DNA of 64,000 bases from Candidatus Latescibacterota bacterium. GTDB lineage: Bacteria > Latescibacterota > UBA2968 > UBA8231. Position 1 is the stretch's first letter. Each line of letters starts with the position of its first letter. Of the stretch, positions 1 through 9,034 are shown piece after piece. A program made the translations under genes and the position numbers. The stretch covers positions 480,001-544,000 of the forward strand of contig OZ220090.1 in the NCBI GenBank assembly GCA_964291625.2, in the 5' to 3' direction. The notes beneath the pieces were generated by a model that ran no database searches, was not told where the DNA came from, and saw nothing but the letters and a program-made list of their open reading frames with translations.

Positions 1-22
1 CGTCGGAGGGCCCCGGCCCCGG

Positions 23-74
23 TTGACAGGTCACAACCCTCCGGTATCTTCTTCTGGTTCGTACGCCGTATAAT
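23..74 (+). promoter_or_regulatory. sigma70-type promoter(s) for tRNA-Asn
   Basis: TTGACA at 23-28, 16-bp spacer, TATCTT at 45-50; a second perfect TATAAT at 69-74 just before the tRNA. Confidence 0.6.
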
Positions 75-82
75 CATGCGGT

Positions 83-158
83 TCCGGCGTAGCTCAGTTG
101 GCAGAGCGGGTGGCTGTTAACCACTTAGTCGTAGGTTCGAGTCCTACCGCCGGAGCCA
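83..158 (+). tRNA. tRNA-Asn (GUU)
   Basis: Acceptor TCCGGCG/CGCCGGA, D-arm TAGCTCAGTTGG, anticodon loop CTGTTAA, T-loop GGTTCGAGTCC, encoded CCA; 76 nt. Confidence 0.97.
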
Positions 159-192
159 AATAACACGCCGCTGAGGTTCGCGGTCCTGGCCG

Positions 193-221
193 AGACCCCG
201 AGGGGATACCTTTCGGGGTCT
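193..221 (+). terminator. GC-rich hairpin after tRNA-Asn, probable terminator or processing stem
   Basis: AGACCCCGAGGGG-ata-CCTTTCGGGGTCT inverted repeat; weak U tract. Confidence 0.45.
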
Positions 222-262
222 TGCCGTACCTGGACCCGTCCCATCGATCTCGACAGGCCGAC

Positions 263-1480
263 ATGATCTGGCCGTGCAAGAGATTCGACTTCAGCTGGTC
301 CGACTGGCTCTTCGCCATACGGAGATGCCTGAAGCCGCCTCGGGGGCAGGACATGGCCGCCCGCGTGGAGAGTCTGTGGTCGGCGGAGGGGGATGTCATG
401 GCCTGCCTCACGGCTCGCTCCGCCTTCGACCTGTTCCTGCGGGCGAAGCGGTGGAGGCCCGGCGACGAGATCATCTTCACCGCCCTCACGGTGCCCGACA
501 TGCCGCGCATCGCCCGGGAGCACGGGCTGAGGGTTGTGCCCCTCGACATCGATCCCCGGACCGCCGCCTGGGACGTGGACGCCCTGGAGCGATGCATCGG
601 GCCTCGAACGAGAGCCGTCGTGCTGACGCACCTCTTCGGCGCCCGCCTCAAGGTCGAACCGGCCATGGCCGTCGCCCGGCGGCACGGCATCGCCGTGGTG
701 GAGGACTGCGCCCAGGCCTACCGCGGACCGGGCCGGAACGGCCACCCCGAGGCCGACCTGGCCCTCTTTTCCTTCGGCCCCATGAAGATCGCAACCTCCC
801 TGGGCGGCGCCGTGGCCCGCGTCCTCCAGCCCGAGGTGCGCCTGGGAATGGCCGCCTTCCTCGAGCAGTACCCCATGCAGTCCACGGGTGAGTTCACGCG
901 CCGGGTGCTGCTCTACGGCCTGTTGAAGGCGGCCTCCAATCCGACCGTCTACGGGGCCCTGGTATTCCTGGCGGAGCTTGTGGGGCTGCACCGGGAGCGA
1001 TGGATCCACGGGCTCACCCGCAACGTGCCTGGCCACGACCTGCTGGGTCACATCCGGCGCAGGCCCTGCGCCGCCCTTCTGAGCCTCCTCGAGCGCAGGC
1101 TCCGGGAGGGGGATGCGCCCGTGGCGCGGCGCACCGCACCCGGGGAACTCCTCTTCCGCGCCCTGGGCGGTGAGGTGCAGGTGCCCACACGCGGCTCCGG
1201 CGCACACGCGTACTGGATCATCCCGGTCCTGGCCGCCAACCGCGACGAGTTGAAGGTCTCCCTTCGCCGTCACGGCTTCGATCCCATGTCGGAGCGGCTG
1301 AGCGTCGTCCGCGGAGAGGGGATGGAAGCTCCCGGAGCCGGGCGCCTGTCGGAGTCGGTCTACCTGCCCTTCGATCCGGGCATGCCCGCCGCCGAACTCG
1401 AGCGGCTCGGAGCCCTGGTGACTCGCCTGGCCGCCGTGGACCGGCCCCGCGAGGCGACCGTGCCATCGGCGGTCTCCTGA
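263..1480 (+). CDS. DegT/DnrJ/EryC1/StrS family PLP aminotransferase
   Basis: VVEDCAQA and FSFGPMK (PLP lysine) motifs; ATG at 263 chosen over TTG at 221. Confidence 0.85.
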   Translation: MIWPCKRFDFSWSDWLFAIRRCLKPPRGQDMAARVESLWSAEGDVMACLTARSAFDLFLRAKRWRPGDEIIFTALTVPDMPRIAREHGLRVVPLDIDPRTAAWDVDALERCIGPRTRAVVLTHLFGARLKVEPAMAVARRHGIAVVEDCAQAYRGPGRNGHPEADLALFSFGPMKIATSLGGAVARVLQPEVRLGMAAFLEQYPMQSTGEFTRRVLLYGLLKAASNPTVYGALVFLAELVGLHRERWIHGLTRNVPGHDLLGHIRRRPCAALLSLLERRLREGDAPVARRTAPGELLFRALGGEVQVPTRGSGAHAYWIIPVLAANRDELKVSLRRHGFDPMSERLSVVRGEGMEAPGAGRLSESVYLPFDPGMPAAELERLGALVTRLAAVDRPREATVPSAVS

Positions 1481-1483
1481 GGA

Positions 1484-3181
1484 ATGGGGGCCGAGGCGAC
1501 TCCGGGGCTGGTGCGGGTCCGCCTGGGGGACGCGCGTGAGAGCGATCTGGAGGGGGCAGGCTATCTCTTCGACGGATACCTGGTCGCCGATGATGCGCTG
1601 CTGGTCGGCCCCGAGGCCTCCGACCACTTCGGGCTCGTGCTGGCCCGCCACGGGATCGAGGGAGCCCTCGACCGTCTGAACGGATCCTACCGGTACGTGG
1701 TGAAGCAGGAGGGTTGGGTGTGGTTCGGTATCGACCACTTCGGGGGGACGGCCCTGTTCTACCAGCTGGACCCGGAGCTGAGCCTCTTCGACGACCCTTC
1801 CGCCCAGGTGCGGAACCCTGACTACAGCGACGCCGCGGTCTGTTGTCTTCTGGCCTCGGGGTTCACCCTCGATGACGAGACCATCTACTCGGGGATCCGG
1901 GAGTGCGGCTCCGGCGTTCTCTACGAGTTCGAGACCGCCACCGGACAGCTGCGCCAGAGGACGTGGTTCAAGTTCAACCTCCATCCCCTAGGGGACTGCG
2001 ATCCGGACGAGCTGGAAGCGGCCCTGATGCGCTCCCTGCCGCACCTGGCCCCCCGGGAGGGGAGCTACCTCCTGCCCCTGAGCGGCGGCCTGGACTCGAG
2101 GACGATTCTCGCCCTCGCCCTGAAGCGCCGCCAGCCTCTGGAGGCCTTCACCTACGGAGTGCCGGCGGCGAGGGACCATACCATACCCGGCCGGATCTGC
2201 GCCGAGCTGGGGCTGCGCCACACCACCATCCCCACGACAAGGGCTGAAGGGAAGGCCTGGTTCGAGAGCGCCGACATGAGGGAGATGGTGAAGGCCATGC
2301 ACTTGGGCCGAAGCCTTCCCGAGGAGTCCGACTGGCGGCCCATGGCCCGGCTCGGCCCCGGTCCTTTCGTCGTCTGCCCGGGCCACGGGGGGGACTGGCT
2401 GACGGGCTCCTTCATCGACGCCCGCCTCCTCCACACCCGGACCCTGGAGGGCCTGGTCGAGTACCTTCTCGACTTTCACTGCAGCCTCACGGCGATATCG
2501 AGCCCCGGCTTCGCGGAGCTGTTGCGGGAGACGATCCGCCGCAGCCTGGCCGCCATCGCCCCCGATTGCGGAGAGGACCCCCTGGCCTGTGCCGAGCGCT
2601 GGAACCTGGAGCACCGGCAGAGGAAGTACATCGTCAACTCGGCCAGGAAGTACCGCTACCTGGGCATGCACATGTACCTGCCGTTCTTCGACCGGCACCT
2701 GATGGCGCTCTTCATGGGCCTGAAGACGCGGCACCGTACCCGCCAGCGCGCGTACGTCGGGTTTCTCGGCGCGCGCCTCTACACCGGGCGTCTCGCGGCT
2801 CTGCGCCGAATCGACAACACCCGGTGGGATCTCGACGTCGATCCACCCGAGATGGGGAGGCCGTCGACGCGGGAGGTGCTGCACCAGCGGCTGCGGGAAA
2901 TCGATCGCAGGAAGTACCGCAAGCGCTTCCTCGTCTCCTCCATGGAGGGCTACGAGGATGCGGCGGCGATGCTGAGTTCCCGCGACAAGGCCTGCTTCCT
3001 GCGGCAGAGGGTGGATGAGGCCTTTCCGCTCCTCCATCCCTGCGTGGAGCAGCTCCGGGGCCTCGGCTGCGAGGAGTCCGCCCGTCACGTGAGCTGGACC
3101 CTGAGGCAACAGGTTTCGCAGATGAATCCGGTGGGGCTCTTCGTCTGCGCCTTCCTTCCATACCTGCTCGAGGTCGAATAG
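1484..3181 (+). CDS. asparagine synthetase-like ATP-dependent amidoligase (glycan-associated type)
   Basis: LSGGLDSR PP-loop, GHGGD motif, DHFG in Ntn-like N-domain; no N-terminal Cys. Confidence 0.8.
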   Translation: MGAEATPGLVRVRLGDARESDLEGAGYLFDGYLVADDALLVGPEASDHFGLVLARHGIEGALDRLNGSYRYVVKQEGWVWFGIDHFGGTALFYQLDPELSLFDDPSAQVRNPDYSDAAVCCLLASGFTLDDETIYSGIRECGSGVLYEFETATGQLRQRTWFKFNLHPLGDCDPDELEAALMRSLPHLAPREGSYLLPLSGGLDSRTILALALKRRQPLEAFTYGVPAARDHTIPGRICAELGLRHTTIPTTRAEGKAWFESADMREMVKAMHLGRSLPEESDWRPMARLGPGPFVVCPGHGGDWLTGSFIDARLLHTRTLEGLVEYLLDFHCSLTAISSPGFAELLRETIRRSLAAIAPDCGEDPLACAERWNLEHRQRKYIVNSARKYRYLGMHMYLPFFDRHLMALFMGLKTRHRTRQRAYVGFLGARLYTGRLAALRRIDNTRWDLDVDPPEMGRPSTREVLHQRLREIDRRKYRKRFLVSSMEGYEDAAAMLSSRDKACFLRQRVDEAFPLLHPCVEQLRGLGCEESARHVSWTLRQQVSQMNPVGLFVCAFLPYLLEVE

Positions 3182-3223
3182 CCCCGAGGCCGGCCGCATC
3201 CCGATCCTCTCCCGATCGAATCG

Positions 3224-4753
3224 ATGTCCCTCGACAGGGATCGCGAACTCACAGGCCATTCGGGCCTCTCCCTCGGCCGGCGGGCCGGCTGGCTCACCCT
3301 GGGCCGGATCTCCCATACCGCCGCCCTGCTGCTGGTGGGAGCGATCCTCTCGCGCGCCCTGTCACCGGCGGAGTACGGGCAGTATCAACAGGCATGGGTC
3401 TACCTGAACATCGCGATCCCCCTGTTCCTCTTCGGGATGCCGGTGAGCCTCAGCTACTTCCTGGCCCCCGCGGAGGGACCCGCCCGTGACCGACGAGCCG
3501 CTCAGCATGTCCTCCTGATCCTCCTCTTCGCCGCTCTCTTCGCCCTGTGCGCCGGGGGCCTCTGGATGGCGGCCTCGGCGTTCTCCATCCCCGCCGAGGT
3601 GCGGGTCCTCATGCCCGCGGGCATCCTCACCGGCGCGGGGATGATCGCCTGCGGCTTCCTGGAGCCGGTTCTGATCATCTACGGCAGGCACAGGGTCCTC
3701 ACCGGGTCGCTGCTCCTCTTCGCCGCCCTGCACCTGACGGCGGTGCTGGCAGGCTGGTTCCTCGGGGGATCCCTCGAGTCGATCTTCGCCTGCCTGGGCG
3801 GCTCGGTGGTCCTGAGGGTGGTCTGGAGCTACCTCCTCCTCTTCCGGCTCCTGCGGCCCCTGTCCCTCGATCTGCTTCGGCAGCCTCTCGAGGATCCCCT
3901 GAAGTACGCGTGGCGTGTCGGCCTTCGCGACGGGATCGAGGTCCTGTCCAGGTTCGTCGACAAACTGATCTTCCTCTCCTTCTTCACCACCGCCCAGTTC
4001 GCCTTCTACCACAACGGCGCATGGGAGATCCCGGTCGTCATCTTCGTGCATTCCATGCTCGCCGTCCTGCTGCCCGAGCTTCGGGTGGCCTGCAGCCGCG
4101 GAGACATGGCAGAGGTCCTGAACCTGATGCACTTCGCCGCCAGAAGGGTGGCGCTGGTCCTCTTTCCGGCGGCGGCCTTCGCCTTCTCGGTGGCGCCGGA
4201 GCTGACGAGCTTCCTCTTCGGAGAGGACTACCGCGACAGCGGCGCCTACCTGCGGGTCTTCCTCCTCCTGCTGCCCCTGCGGGTCTCGACGGCCGGACTC
4301 GTCCTGCTGGCGGCCAACCGCACGCGGGCGGTGCTCCTGGGCACCGGGGTCGACCTGGTGCTGGCCGCCGTGCTGGGAGTGGCCCTGGTACCGTGGTTGG
4401 GGACGCTGGCGCCGGCCGTGGCCCTGGTGGTGAGCACGTCCTGCCAGGTGGGCTTCTACAACTGGCGGGCCTCGACGGTCATCGGCCGGCCCCTGCCGGA
4501 GATCCTGCCGTGGCCGGCCCTCGGGAGGCTGGCCCTGCCGAGCGCGGCCGCCGCCCTGGGCGCGGCTCTCTGCGCGCGCTTCGAGTCGGCTCTCCTGAAC
4601 CTGATGACGGCCGGTATCGTCTTCGTCCTGTTGCTCTGGGGCCTGGGCCTGAGCCTGCGCCTGTTCGACGCCAGGGAGCGGGTCCTGCTGGGGACGGCGG
4701 CGAGATCCGCGGCGGCGAGGTGCCGATCGGTCCTGGTCCGCCGCGGCGACTGA
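3224..4753 (+). CDS. Wzx-like oligosaccharide flippase (MOP superfamily)
   Basis: Many hydrophobic helices, LSRALSPAEYGQY and VDKL motifs typical of polysaccharide exporters. Confidence 0.85.
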   Translation: MSLDRDRELTGHSGLSLGRRAGWLTLGRISHTAALLLVGAILSRALSPAEYGQYQQAWVYLNIAIPLFLFGMPVSLSYFLAPAEGPARDRRAAQHVLLILLFAALFALCAGGLWMAASAFSIPAEVRVLMPAGILTGAGMIACGFLEPVLIIYGRHRVLTGSLLLFAALHLTAVLAGWFLGGSLESIFACLGGSVVLRVVWSYLLLFRLLRPLSLDLLRQPLEDPLKYAWRVGLRDGIEVLSRFVDKLIFLSFFTTAQFAFYHNGAWEIPVVIFVHSMLAVLLPELRVACSRGDMAEVLNLMHFAARRVALVLFPAAAFAFSVAPELTSFLFGEDYRDSGAYLRVFLLLLPLRVSTAGLVLLAANRTRAVLLGTGVDLVLAAVLGVALVPWLGTLAPAVALVVSTSCQVGFYNWRASTVIGRPLPEILPWPALGRLALPSAAAALGAALCARFESALLNLMTAGIVFVLLLWGLGLSLRLFDARERVLLGTAARSAAARCRSVLVRRGD

Positions 4754-4775
4754 CGCCGCCGGTGGGTTGCGGCCG

Positions 4776-6767
4776 TCAGCCTCGGGCGGCGATGGCCCGG
4801 ACCGCGTCGACCGCCTCGGGATTGACGAGGCCCGAGGTGTCGCCGGGGTCCTCGCCGAGCCAGGCGGCCCTCAGGACCCGGCGCATCAGCTTGGCGTTTC
4901 GCGTCTTCGGCAGGTCGGGGACGAAGAGGACTCGTGCCGGCCGCAGGGGCCTGCCCATCTCCTCGACGATGCGCTCGCCGAGGGCGGCCTCGAGATCCTC
5001 TCCGGCGGAGAATCCCTCCTCGAGCACGCAGAAGCAGACGATCTCCGCTCCCTTCAGCTCGTCCGGCACACCGATGGCGCCGGCCTCGACCACGGCCGGG
5101 TGGGCCACCAGGACCGACTCGAACTCCGAGGGGCCGACGCGTTTCCCGCCGACATTGATCGTGTCGTCGGAGCGGCCCAGGATCCACCAGTGTCCGTCGT
5201 CGTCCACCAGGGCCCAGTCCCCGTGGACCCAGACACCGGGGAAGCGCGACCAGTAGGTCTCCAGGTAGCGCCGGTTGTCCTCGTCTCCCCAGAAACCCCG
5301 GGTCATGCCGATCCAGGGGGTGCGGACGGCGAGCTCGCCCACCTGGTTGCGCACGGGGCGGCCCTCCTCGTCGAGGACGACCGCGTCCATCCCGGGGCAG
5401 GGCGCGGAGAACGCGGCCGGTTTGGACGGCCTCAGGGGGTTGTCCATGAGGATGCCGCCGCTCACCTCGGTGCCGCCGGAGTAGTTGACGATGGGGATCC
5501 GCCCGCCCCCGACCTCCTCGAAGAGCCAGCGCCAGGGCTCGGGGTTCCAGGGCTCGCCGGTGGAGCCGAAGGACCGCAGCCGCGACAGGTCTCGCCGGCG
5601 ATGGTGCTGCGATCCCCTGGACTTGAGGACCCGCACCAGGGTGGGGGAGAGCCCCATCTGGGTCAGGCCCCGGCCTTCGGCCATCTCCCAGATGCGGCCG
5701 AGGTCCGGGTAGTCGGGGGCCCCCTCATAGAGGAAGCAGGAGGCGCCGAGGAGGCTGGTGCCGAAGACCAGCCAGGGCCCCATCATCCAGCCCATGTCCG
5801 TGATCCAGTAGGCCAGGTCCCCGGGGTGGACGTCGAGTCCGAAGCACATGTCCTGGGCCGCCTTCACCGGGAATCCGCAGTGGGTGTGGACGGCTCCCTT
5901 CGGGCGGCCCGTGGTGCCGGAGGTGTAGAGGATCATCATCCTCTCCTCCGCCTCCGTGTCGTGGGGAAGGCACTCCGGAGACTGGTCCGGCACCAGCCGG
6001 TGCCACCAGTGGTCCCTTCCGGCGCACATGTCGGCGGGATTGCCGCAGTGCCGCAGGACCAGGACCGTGCGGATCTGCGGCAGCTGGGCGAGGGCGGCGT
6101 CGGCGACGCTCTTCAGGGGGACCGTCGCGCCCCGGCGGGAGAAGCCGTCGGCGGTGATCAGGGCCGCGGCGCCGGCGTCGGAGAGGCGGGAGGCGACGGC
6201 CCCGGCGCCGAAGCCGGTGAACAGGGGAAGGACCACGCCGCCGATGCGGATCACCGCCAGCAGGGCCACGACGATCTCGGCCGTCATCGGCAGCAGGAGG
6301 CCGACGCGGTCCCCGGGCCGAATGCCCAGGGCCCGCAGGGCGTTGCCGCAGCGTCCAACCTCGGCCGCCAGTTGCGCGTACGTGAGAGTCGTCACCTCGC
6401 CGGCCTCGGACTCGGCGACGACCGCGGTTCGCCCCGCGCTCTCGGGGGACTCGAGCCAGCGGTCGAGGCAGTTGACGGTGATGTTCATGCGCCCGCCGGG
6501 GCACCAGCGGGGGAGGGCGGGACCCCGGCCCAGGTCGACGACGCCATCGTACGGGGTGGAGAACCGGAGGCCCAGGAACCGCAGGACAGCCTCGGTGAAA
6601 GCGCCCACATCGCGGGTGGACCAAGCCATCAGATCGTCGAAGTCGGCCGCCCCGTGGAGCTCCATGAATCGCCTGAGGTTTGCCCGGTCGAGGTGGTGCG
6701 GCTCCGGGGACCAGAGGATGCTGCCGGCGTCGGGCAGGGGATGCCGGCCCCGCGAGGATCGGGTCAT
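4776..6767 (-). CDS. acetate/acyl-CoA ligase (AMP-forming)
   Basis: ILYTSGTTGRPKG, STGEPWN, YSGGTE, GRSDD and LPKTRNAK motifs; start may be 6776. Confidence 0.9.
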   Translation of the reverse strand: MTRSSRGRHPLPDAGSILWSPEPHHLDRANLRRFMELHGAADFDDLMAWSTRDVGAFTEAVLRFLGLRFSTPYDGVVDLGRGPALPRWCPGGRMNITVNCLDRWLESPESAGRTAVVAESEAGEVTTLTYAQLAAEVGRCGNALRALGIRPGDRVGLLLPMTAEIVVALLAVIRIGGVVLPLFTGFGAGAVASRLSDAGAAALITADGFSRRGATVPLKSVADAALAQLPQIRTVLVLRHCGNPADMCAGRDHWWHRLVPDQSPECLPHDTEAEERMMILYTSGTTGRPKGAVHTHCGFPVKAAQDMCFGLDVHPGDLAYWITDMGWMMGPWLVFGTSLLGASCFLYEGAPDYPDLGRIWEMAEGRGLTQMGLSPTLVRVLKSRGSQHHRRRDLSRLRSFGSTGEPWNPEPWRWLFEEVGGGRIPIVNYSGGTEVSGGILMDNPLRPSKPAAFSAPCPGMDAVVLDEEGRPVRNQVGELAVRTPWIGMTRGFWGDEDNRRYLETYWSRFPGVWVHGDWALVDDDGHWWILGRSDDTINVGGKRVGPSEFESVLVAHPAVVEAGAIGVPDELKGAEIVCFCVLEEGFSAGEDLEAALGERIVEEMGRPLRPARVLFVPDLPKTRNAKLMRRVLRAAWLGEDPGDTSGLVNPEAVDAVRAIAARG

Positions 6768-6792
6768 CGCCGCCACGTGGCTGGCGCCGCCA

Positions 6793-7914
6793 TCAGACCG
6801 CGTAGGCCACCGAGCCGTCCTGGCGCAGGGGGGTGGCGCCCGTGTTCATCGGCTGGAAGGGCCGCTCGGGGATGAGCTCGTCCACCAGCTCCACGCCCAG
6901 GCCCGGCACCTCGGGCACCGGGATGTGCCCGCCCTCGCGCCGGTGGGCGCAACGGTACACGGCGTTCGCCTCGGCCTCGTCGCCCTTGGTGTACTCCTGG
7001 GTGATGAAGTTGGGGATGGAGGCGTCGAGATGGACCGAGGCCGCCGTCACCAGGGGGCCGAGGAAGTTGTGGGTCACCACCGCGCAGTGATGGGACTCGG
7101 CGATGGCGGCGATCTTCTTGCAGTGGGTCAGGCCGCCCGCCAGGCCCACGTCCGGACGCACGTACTGAGGTCCGCCGCTCTCGAGGAGCTCGCGGAACTC
7201 CCAGATCGTGGTCAGCCGCTCGCCGTTGCCCACGGCAACGTTGCAGCGCCTCGCCACCTCGGCCTGGCTCTGGACGCTGTCGATCTGGATCGGGTCCTCG
7301 AGGAAGAACAGGTTGAAGGGCCGCAGCGCCTCGGCCAGGGTCCAGGCGGTCATGGGGGTCAGCTTGCGGTGGACCTCGACGATCAGGTCGAGGTCGGGGC
7401 CGCCGCCTTCGCGGGCGGCGGCGACCAGGTCGCGGGCCCGCCCCACCATGCGGTCGATGCCGGCGTCGATGTGGTGGACGGGGTCGAACTTCAGGGCCGT
7501 GAACCCCTCCTCGACGGCGCCGCGGGCGTGGGCGCGCATGGCCTCCGGCGTGTCGGCCCCACCCAGGAGATGCAGGCGGATGCGGTCTCGGCAGCGCCCT
7601 CCGAGAAGCTCCCAGACCGGGGCCTGGTAGTGCTTGCCCTTGATGTCCCAGAGGGCGATGTCGACGGCGCTCACCGCCCCGGCCAGGGCCGTGCCCCGGA
7701 AGGGGGACATGCGGTAGAGGTGCTGCCAGTGATGCTCGATGCGCAGCGGATCCTGCCCGACGAGGTAGCGCTCGAAGGCGGAGACGATGCTCTGCACCGC
7801 CTCCGGATACCCCCAGCAGGCGGTCTGTCCGACGCCGGTCAGTCCGCTGTCGGTGGTGAGGCGCACGACGTAGCCGCCGCCGATGAGAAAGGACTCGATG
7901 CGCTCGATCTTCAT
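6793..7914 (-). CDS. mandelate racemase/galactonate dehydratase-like enolase-superfamily enzyme
   Basis: SAVDIALWDIKGK, EDP, GER, RPD...GG and HN motifs. Confidence 0.88.
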   Translation of the reverse strand: MKIERIESFLIGGGYVVRLTTDSGLTGVGQTACWGYPEAVQSIVSAFERYLVGQDPLRIEHHWQHLYRMSPFRGTALAGAVSAVDIALWDIKGKHYQAPVWELLGGRCRDRIRLHLLGGADTPEAMRAHARGAVEEGFTALKFDPVHHIDAGIDRMVGRARDLVAAAREGGGPDLDLIVEVHRKLTPMTAWTLAEALRPFNLFFLEDPIQIDSVQSQAEVARRCNVAVGNGERLTTIWEFRELLESGGPQYVRPDVGLAGGLTHCKKIAAIAESHHCAVVTHNFLGPLVTAASVHLDASIPNFITQEYTKGDEAEANAVYRCAHRREGGHIPVPEVPGLGVELVDELIPERPFQPMNTGATPLRQDGSVAYAV

Positions 7915-8080
7915 CCCGGTGTCTCGCTTCTTTCGGCTCCTGCCCCGCCGGCTATATTAGCACCTCCCGCCTCGACGACGCGAACCTCGGCCCTTTCACC
8001 GCACCAGGAAGCGCGCGCCTCGCCCCTTGGGCCCGCGCGCCATCGACGTTGCGCCCGGCCGGGCCCCGACAGAGGGAGCG

Positions 8081-9034
8081 ATGGAATACGTACAACTCGG
8101 GAGACTCGGCGTCCGCGTGAGCCGCATCTGCCTCGGCACCGCCTTCCGCGGCCAGCGCGACGACGCCGTGGCCGCGCGTGTCATCGAACGGGCCGTCGAT
8201 CTGGGGTGCAACTTCATCGACTGCGCCAACTACTACGGCCGGGGGCGCTCCGAGACCGTCCTCGGAGAGGCGATCCGCGGCCGGCGCGACGACCTGTTCC
8301 TCACGAGCAAGGTGTGGAGCCGGATGGGACCTGGACCCAACGACGCCGGATCCTCCCGCTACCACATCACCCGGGAGGTGGAACGCAGCCTGCGGCGCCT
8401 CGGCACCGACCGCATCGATCTCTACCTCCTCCACAACTGGGACCCCGACTCGCCCCTGGACGAAAGCCTGCGCGCCATGGACGACCTGGTGCGCCAGGGG
8501 AAGGTCGTGTACGTCGGCGCCTGCAACTTCACCGCCGCCCAGACCCTGGAAGGCCTGTGGACAGCGGACCGCCTCGGCCTCGACGCCATCGCCTGCCTGC
8601 AGAACGAGTTCAACCTCCTCCACCGCTGGCCGGTCGAGTCGGAGTTGCTGCCCCTGGTGCGGCGCCGCGGGCTCGGCCTGATGACCTACAGCCCCTTGGC
8701 CGTGGGTCTGCTCACCGGCCGCTACCGCCGCGGCCAGCCGCCGCCGGCGGGGTCCCACTGGGAGGGCCGCGAGGACTTCGCGAGCACGATGGAGGGCATC
8801 GACGGCGTCGTGCAGGCCCTCATCGACGTCGGCTCCCGCCTGGGCAGGACCCCGGCGCAGGTGGCGCTGGCGTGGCTCCTCGACCACCCGGAGGTGACGG
8901 CCCCCATGATCGGCCCCGACCTGCCCGAGCACGTGGACGAGACCTTCGAGGCCCTGGGCTGGCAGCTGCCGCCCGAGGACCGCGCCGCCCTCGACGCGGC
9001 GACGGAGGCGGCGCCGGCACGCCGCTATCCGTGA
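8081..9034 (+). CDS. aldo/keto reductase
   Basis: FIDCANYYG, SLRRLGTDRIDLYLLH, YSPLAVGLLTG; RBS GGGAG before ATG 8081. Confidence 0.92.
   Translation: MEYVQLGRLGVRVSRICLGTAFRGQRDDAVAARVIERAVDLGCNFIDCANYYGRGRSETVLGEAIRGRRDDLFLTSKVWSRMGPGPNDAGSSRYHITREVERSLRRLGTDRIDLYLLHNWDPDSPLDESLRAMDDLVRQGKVVYVGACNFTAAQTLEGLWTADRLGLDAIACLQNEFNLLHRWPVESELLPLVRRRGLGLMTYSPLAVGLLTGRYRRGQPPPAGSHWEGREDFASTMEGIDGVVQALIDVGSRLGRTPAQVALAWLLDHPEVTAPMIGPDLPEHVDETFEALGWQLPPEDRAALDAATEAAPARRYP

Noticed and set aside
83-4775. Possible genomic island integrated at tRNA-Asn
   Set aside because: No integrase, no repeated tRNA 3' end seen, and no obvious GC shift
125-6875. Long antisense ORFs (125-1984, 1988-3316, 4767-6875) and similar ones across the window
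   Set aside because: They mirror real genes codon for codon and carry no family motifs; an artefact of GC-rich third positions
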